Of a DNA stretch of 64,000 nt, positions 59,856-64,000 are shown piece by piece. How positions within the stretch are numbered: the first letter of the stretch is position 1; each line of letters begins with the position of its first letter. A program made the translations under genes and the position numbers. The notes beneath the pieces were generated by a model. It was not told where the DNA came from. It ran no database searches and worked only from the letters and a program-made list of their open reading frames with translations. This DNA is from Antedon mediterranea (Eukaryota; Animalia; Echinodermata), in NCBI RefSeq assembly GCF_964355755.1, contig NC_092670.1, positions 1,912,201 through 1,976,200 of the forward strand. Direction: 5' to 3'.

Positions 59856-60716
59856 GGCCCTGTTTCTGCTGCCAATCCCAAATATACCGTATAAATATAC
59901 CGTATAAATATACCGTATATGAAATTCGTGCACCGTTTCCGCTGCACATACTTCGTGGGTGGGCTGTAAAAAAAGTTGGCTTTCATATACCCAAAATGCA
60001 TTTTGTGAGACGGAAGTATGGATTGACCTAGAGTCTCGTGTAGTGAGGTTACATGACAAAAACAAAACAATGATGGTTTCTCAAAACGTCTTAGCATTGC
60101 TTTCTATTTTAAATCTAATGATCAGAAGTGGCACCGAATTTACATCGCACAAACAATCTAGAAATGTAGAATGGGCATTGACTACATTTATGCAAAGAAG
60201 ACGACGGCGTTTGCCGATAACTTTGGCGTTATTAAGTCTACCACAAATTCTGCTTTTATTTTGTTTGAGATACTATTGTAAATCTCGGTATCTCTTCTGT
60301 TGCCATGTAGTCTCCCCCCAACCTTCGCTTCTCCCCACAATTGAATTGCAAAAATAGTTATTTCTTCAGTCCACAGTGATATTTTGATCTGTTGCTTGCT
60401 TATTATACACGTGTGTGTCAATGCAGCAGAAAAACCAAACAAACGCGTCACGCTCTGTTAGTTTTTGACCTCGTGTCATGGGCCGGGTCACATATACGGT
60501 ATATTTTGAGTGCAGCAGAAACGGGGTACGAAATATACGGTATATTTTGGAATATACCGTATAATATCCACAAACGATGGGGATATTTATGCGGTATATA
60601 TACCGCATATATATACGGTATATTTTTTATGAGACCCATTTCTGCTGCCAAAAAATATACCGTATATAAAATATACCGTATATATACGGTATATTTTTGG
60701 CAGCAGAAACGGGGCC
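59856..60716. mobile_element. PIF/Harbinger-like MITE
   Basis: TIR GGCCCTGTTTCTGCTGCCA / TGGCAGCAGAAACGGGGCC; flanks TAA/TAT; ATATACCGTAT subterminal repeats. Confidence 0.78.
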
Positions 60717-61446
60717 TATGAAATCGCATGCACGCCGCAACAACAGCGCGGAGATATAGGCCTAGAATCGTACCGCACTTGTTGTGTAATCACTTCTTGT
60801 TGCTATACGCTTGGGTGCACACGGAACAAGAACATTTAACTGATGAATTATTCATGTTTATGTTGTGACGTTTTATGAGGGGGTCCCCAACTTATGTACG
60901 AAAAAAAAAATCGCGTCCGGGGGTAGTTTTCCGGGGGTAAATTTCCAGGGGGGTGAATATCCGGATACGAAATTAATCATGATTGTGTATTATACTGTTG
61001 ACCTATTGCATCTTTAAACTGTTATAAATTTTTTTAAAGAATTATTACTACTGTATAAGTATTTTTGTTTTCATTTTAAGTTATGATAATCTTTCAGACA
61101 TTTTGCAAGTAGGCCTACTGTAGTTAATCATGAGTGTGTACCTAATGCTATACACTTATATAACTCCAGAGTACAAAGGTAAAATGTAACCGATAATTTT
61201 TATCTAATTTTAACAATTTTTAGCCTCTTAACTTTTTGTGTGTGTTTTTGTAAATTGTATTTTATATTTTTGTATTTTGCCAGTTTTCAAATCACATTTC
61301 TGTTTTTTAAATGGACAATAAAGTATATATGACTATGACTATGACTATGTACTTGCATACTGACCTATTGTATATTGATTTGCTCTCGTTATCCAGTTGT
61401 TTTAAAGTAAAGTTTTTTTTGCCAATCATCATTTTCAATCATCATT

Positions 61447-61484
<38 letters not shown>

Positions 61485-64000
61485 GAAAAATATAAATAAT
61501 TAAGATCAAATAAGTTCTGCCTCAATAGGGAGGTTTCGCAACCATACGAATACGAAAACGAAAACGGATACGTCACACATTTGTGAAACTTTTGAGCTGA
61601 TCCCCATTTCATATTCGTAAGGCGTATTCGTGTTGGCGAATATCACCAGTCATATTCGTAACTACAAAACGAGTAAAATGTTTGATCTATTTTGCACATT
61701 TTGCATTTGAATTAGGAATGATTAATGATTACAGTATAATTATAGATTTATTGAAAGTAATCTACTAAAGTAATTTACTATAATGCCAGGTCAATTTAGA
61801 TAAATAGCAGTTTTTAAAGTCCTCATTCGCTTTGATGTTACGCTAGGCTTAGGCAGCTGGCCAAACACCAAGCAACACGTATATGCGCTTCGCTCAAATT
61901 TACCGCAGTCATATTTTGGACGCGCCTCGATATTGTCTACGTTAATCAACTATCTTCCGTATGAGTTAAAAATATTTGAATTTTTATGACGTTATCATGT
62001 CTAAAAATGTAAATAACGTGGGTCACTTATTTTCATCTTTACAGTAAATTTCAATCTGTTATAGCTCGTCATCAGAATAAAAAGTGATAATCATGATTAA
62101 AACGTTTTCTGGAAGCTATTTGGATTGTAGATACGAATTCATGTAAACATTTTGCCAATCAGATGTTGTGACGTCATCATATGGCCAGTTGAATAAAAAA
62201 AGTCGTATTTTCATATTTTGCGTAATAGTTCATTCATTTAAAAGGGTGCGCATCTATATTTTACGTATTCAAATTTCTTCTACACGTTAATATGTTGTTC
62301 CTCAGATAATTTTCTTCTGAAATTGCAATCTAAGTGTTTCATTTTGATATCGTCGCCATGTTAAAAATTGGAATAAATGGCGGGTCCCGTAATTTCACCT
62401 ATTCTACACTGTATGTAATATGTAGCCTATACAGATTATACTGTTTGCATGTATATCACACTCACGTCATATTGCGAATTTTGGACAAAAAGTGTTTTGA
62501 GAGCGCTTTTGATTTAAACATTAGCGCGAGCCTATCTTTACCGCTGAGAAACCCGAAGACTTTACGCGAGCGAGACGAACTGACTAAGAACATTATTACT
62601 ATAGATTTTCACTTCATACACGCTTATTATTGAACAATAGTTAGTATAAATATCTACTAGTTAATTAGAGACATTCGATGTTACTAAGAATACTAAAGAA
62701 ATTACTTATAATACAAATTTAAAAGATTTATAACGATTCTAGTTTAGGTAACATTCGCCCATTAACAATGAAAACAAACAAATCCTGCGTAGGAAATCGC
62801 GGAACTCTAAAAACTTTGTTTTAATATCACGCTAAAATTGTTTCCGAATTTTTAAATACATATTTGTAAATATTATGTTAAATTTCAATATCTTTACTTT
62901 TAATCCTCAAAAAATCAAAATGTTGATATTTTTTAAAAGAATTTTATGATCATTTGAAATCGGGTATATTTACTATCGATCGCGCTCCGCCGGTGCCCGA
63001 GTAGGTGTGTACGCGTCGCTTTTGCAGGCTCTATTCCCAGTAGCGAGTTTCGGTCGCGCTAACATAAGCAATGTTTTCTACATTTACATGCATTAGGGGT
63101 AAATTATGTTTAATTGTTTTTACCGCATAACAAAATTCCCAAATTTATTTCTTTTCTTGCCTAACCGTTTCTGTCACCCTAAAATCAAATGCTTTAACTG
63201 CATAATTTTAAGCGACAATAACATACAAATAGGCCTACTATGATTTGATCACTTCTGCGCAATACTTTAAAGTTGTTGTATACAATTATTTTAAGAATAT
63301 AAAAAAAAACACACAGAAACTAATAAAATGGCAACTAATTGAAAAGTCAAACTCATTTATTTCATCAATTAAATATTTGAAAAAAATCAAATCAAGTAAG
63401 GTACTGCTGTGTAGGCCTTAAATATGATTACTGTATTTTTTTAGTTTTAATTTGTATAATGGCCTAGGCCTAATAATATAGTACTAACAACATGTTTATT
63501 TCTAAAGGCAAGAATAACAAACAGCTTTATTTATTTACCTTCAATATTAAATCTATGAGAAACCTCAATTATGAGAATCATTTAAATTTCTGTCACCGTA
63601 CATTTCATTATAATGAAAACCTTTAATTTAAAAGACATTTAATTAATAAGAGCTCATGGTCAAATTTTTTTTAATGTCAACATGCTGTCCATAAATAGCC
63701 GCTTTCAAGTGATGCAAATGTTTTCTGGAGTCAGATCCTATAAAAAATATAGAAATATAAAAAGTATGTTAATTTAAATATGTATTTGAAAGATGGGCTA
63801 GAGGTATAGGCCTACTGCATGATAAATTAGGCTGAAAAACTTAGCATGTGGTCCTAGGCCTACTACAAGGCCTAGCTTGATGTTTTAAATCCCATAAAAC
63901 GTTTGAATTTAATACAAGTACAAAATCTAATTTATATAGAGTTGTAAAGTGTGGTACATTCAGTACATTAATTAAAATAAATGAGAATGGGGCCTAATAT

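Larger units (their letters stand above)
57439..60914. mobile_element. Mutator-like element, ~150-bp TIRs, 9-bp TSD
   Basis: TIR GCGATTTTTTTTTTCGTACATAAGTTGGGGACCCC...; TSD GTCCGGGGG at 57430-57438 and 60915-60923. Confidence 0.88.
55489..60969. mobile_element. Outer fold-back-type DNA element (nest host) with GGACAACTACCCCC subterminal arrays
   Basis: 8-bp direct flanks AAATTAAT (55481-55488, 60970-60977). Left array 55497-55750 is mirrored by the GGGGGTAGTTGTCC array 56880-57438, which resumes at 60915. Terminal match is weak. Confidence 0.7.

Noticed and set aside
59805-60729. Cluster of overlapping 70-130-aa ORFs
   Set aside because: They lie within a Harbinger-like MITE with low-complexity repeats, and no convincing domain is present.
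61528-63600. Harbinger-like left end GGGAGGTTTCGCAACC as a complete element
   Set aside because: No convincing matching right TIR or TSD within the window.

Overview
AT-rich, intron-containing animal genomic DNA, probably an invertebrate deuterostome (inferred from a Deu/Nin-type SINE and abundant TAGGCCTA motifs). Gene models were spliced by hand. From left to right: (1) the 5' half of a SEC14L1-like PRELI/CRAL-TRIO gene (minus strand, runs off the left edge); (2) head-to-head with it, a 14-exon secreted GH99/GH71-like glycoside hydrolase of bacterial type, with one GC-AG intron; (3) an ACSM-family medium-chain acyl-CoA synthetase (minus); (4) a 781-codon exon encoding four hAT-transposase-type (ZNF862/TTF-like) zinc fingers; (5) a PM20D2-like M20 peptidase; (6) a tandem C2H2 zinc-finger gene. 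There are also many MITEs, SINEs, Gypsy/LINE relics and minisatellites, including a four-level nest of MITEs at 55.5-61 kb. The most striking structure is 29.5-41.5 kb. The zinc-finger exon ends in a splice donor that joins in frame to the first PM20D2 coding exon. The PM20D2 3' end exists as three intact, phase-compatible alternative terminal exon pairs plus one decayed copy, and one intact pair has lost the C-terminal metal-binding His and the GSTDMG motif. This predicts a modular zinc-finger/peptidase fusion with swappable active-site halves; transcript evidence is needed to confirm it.
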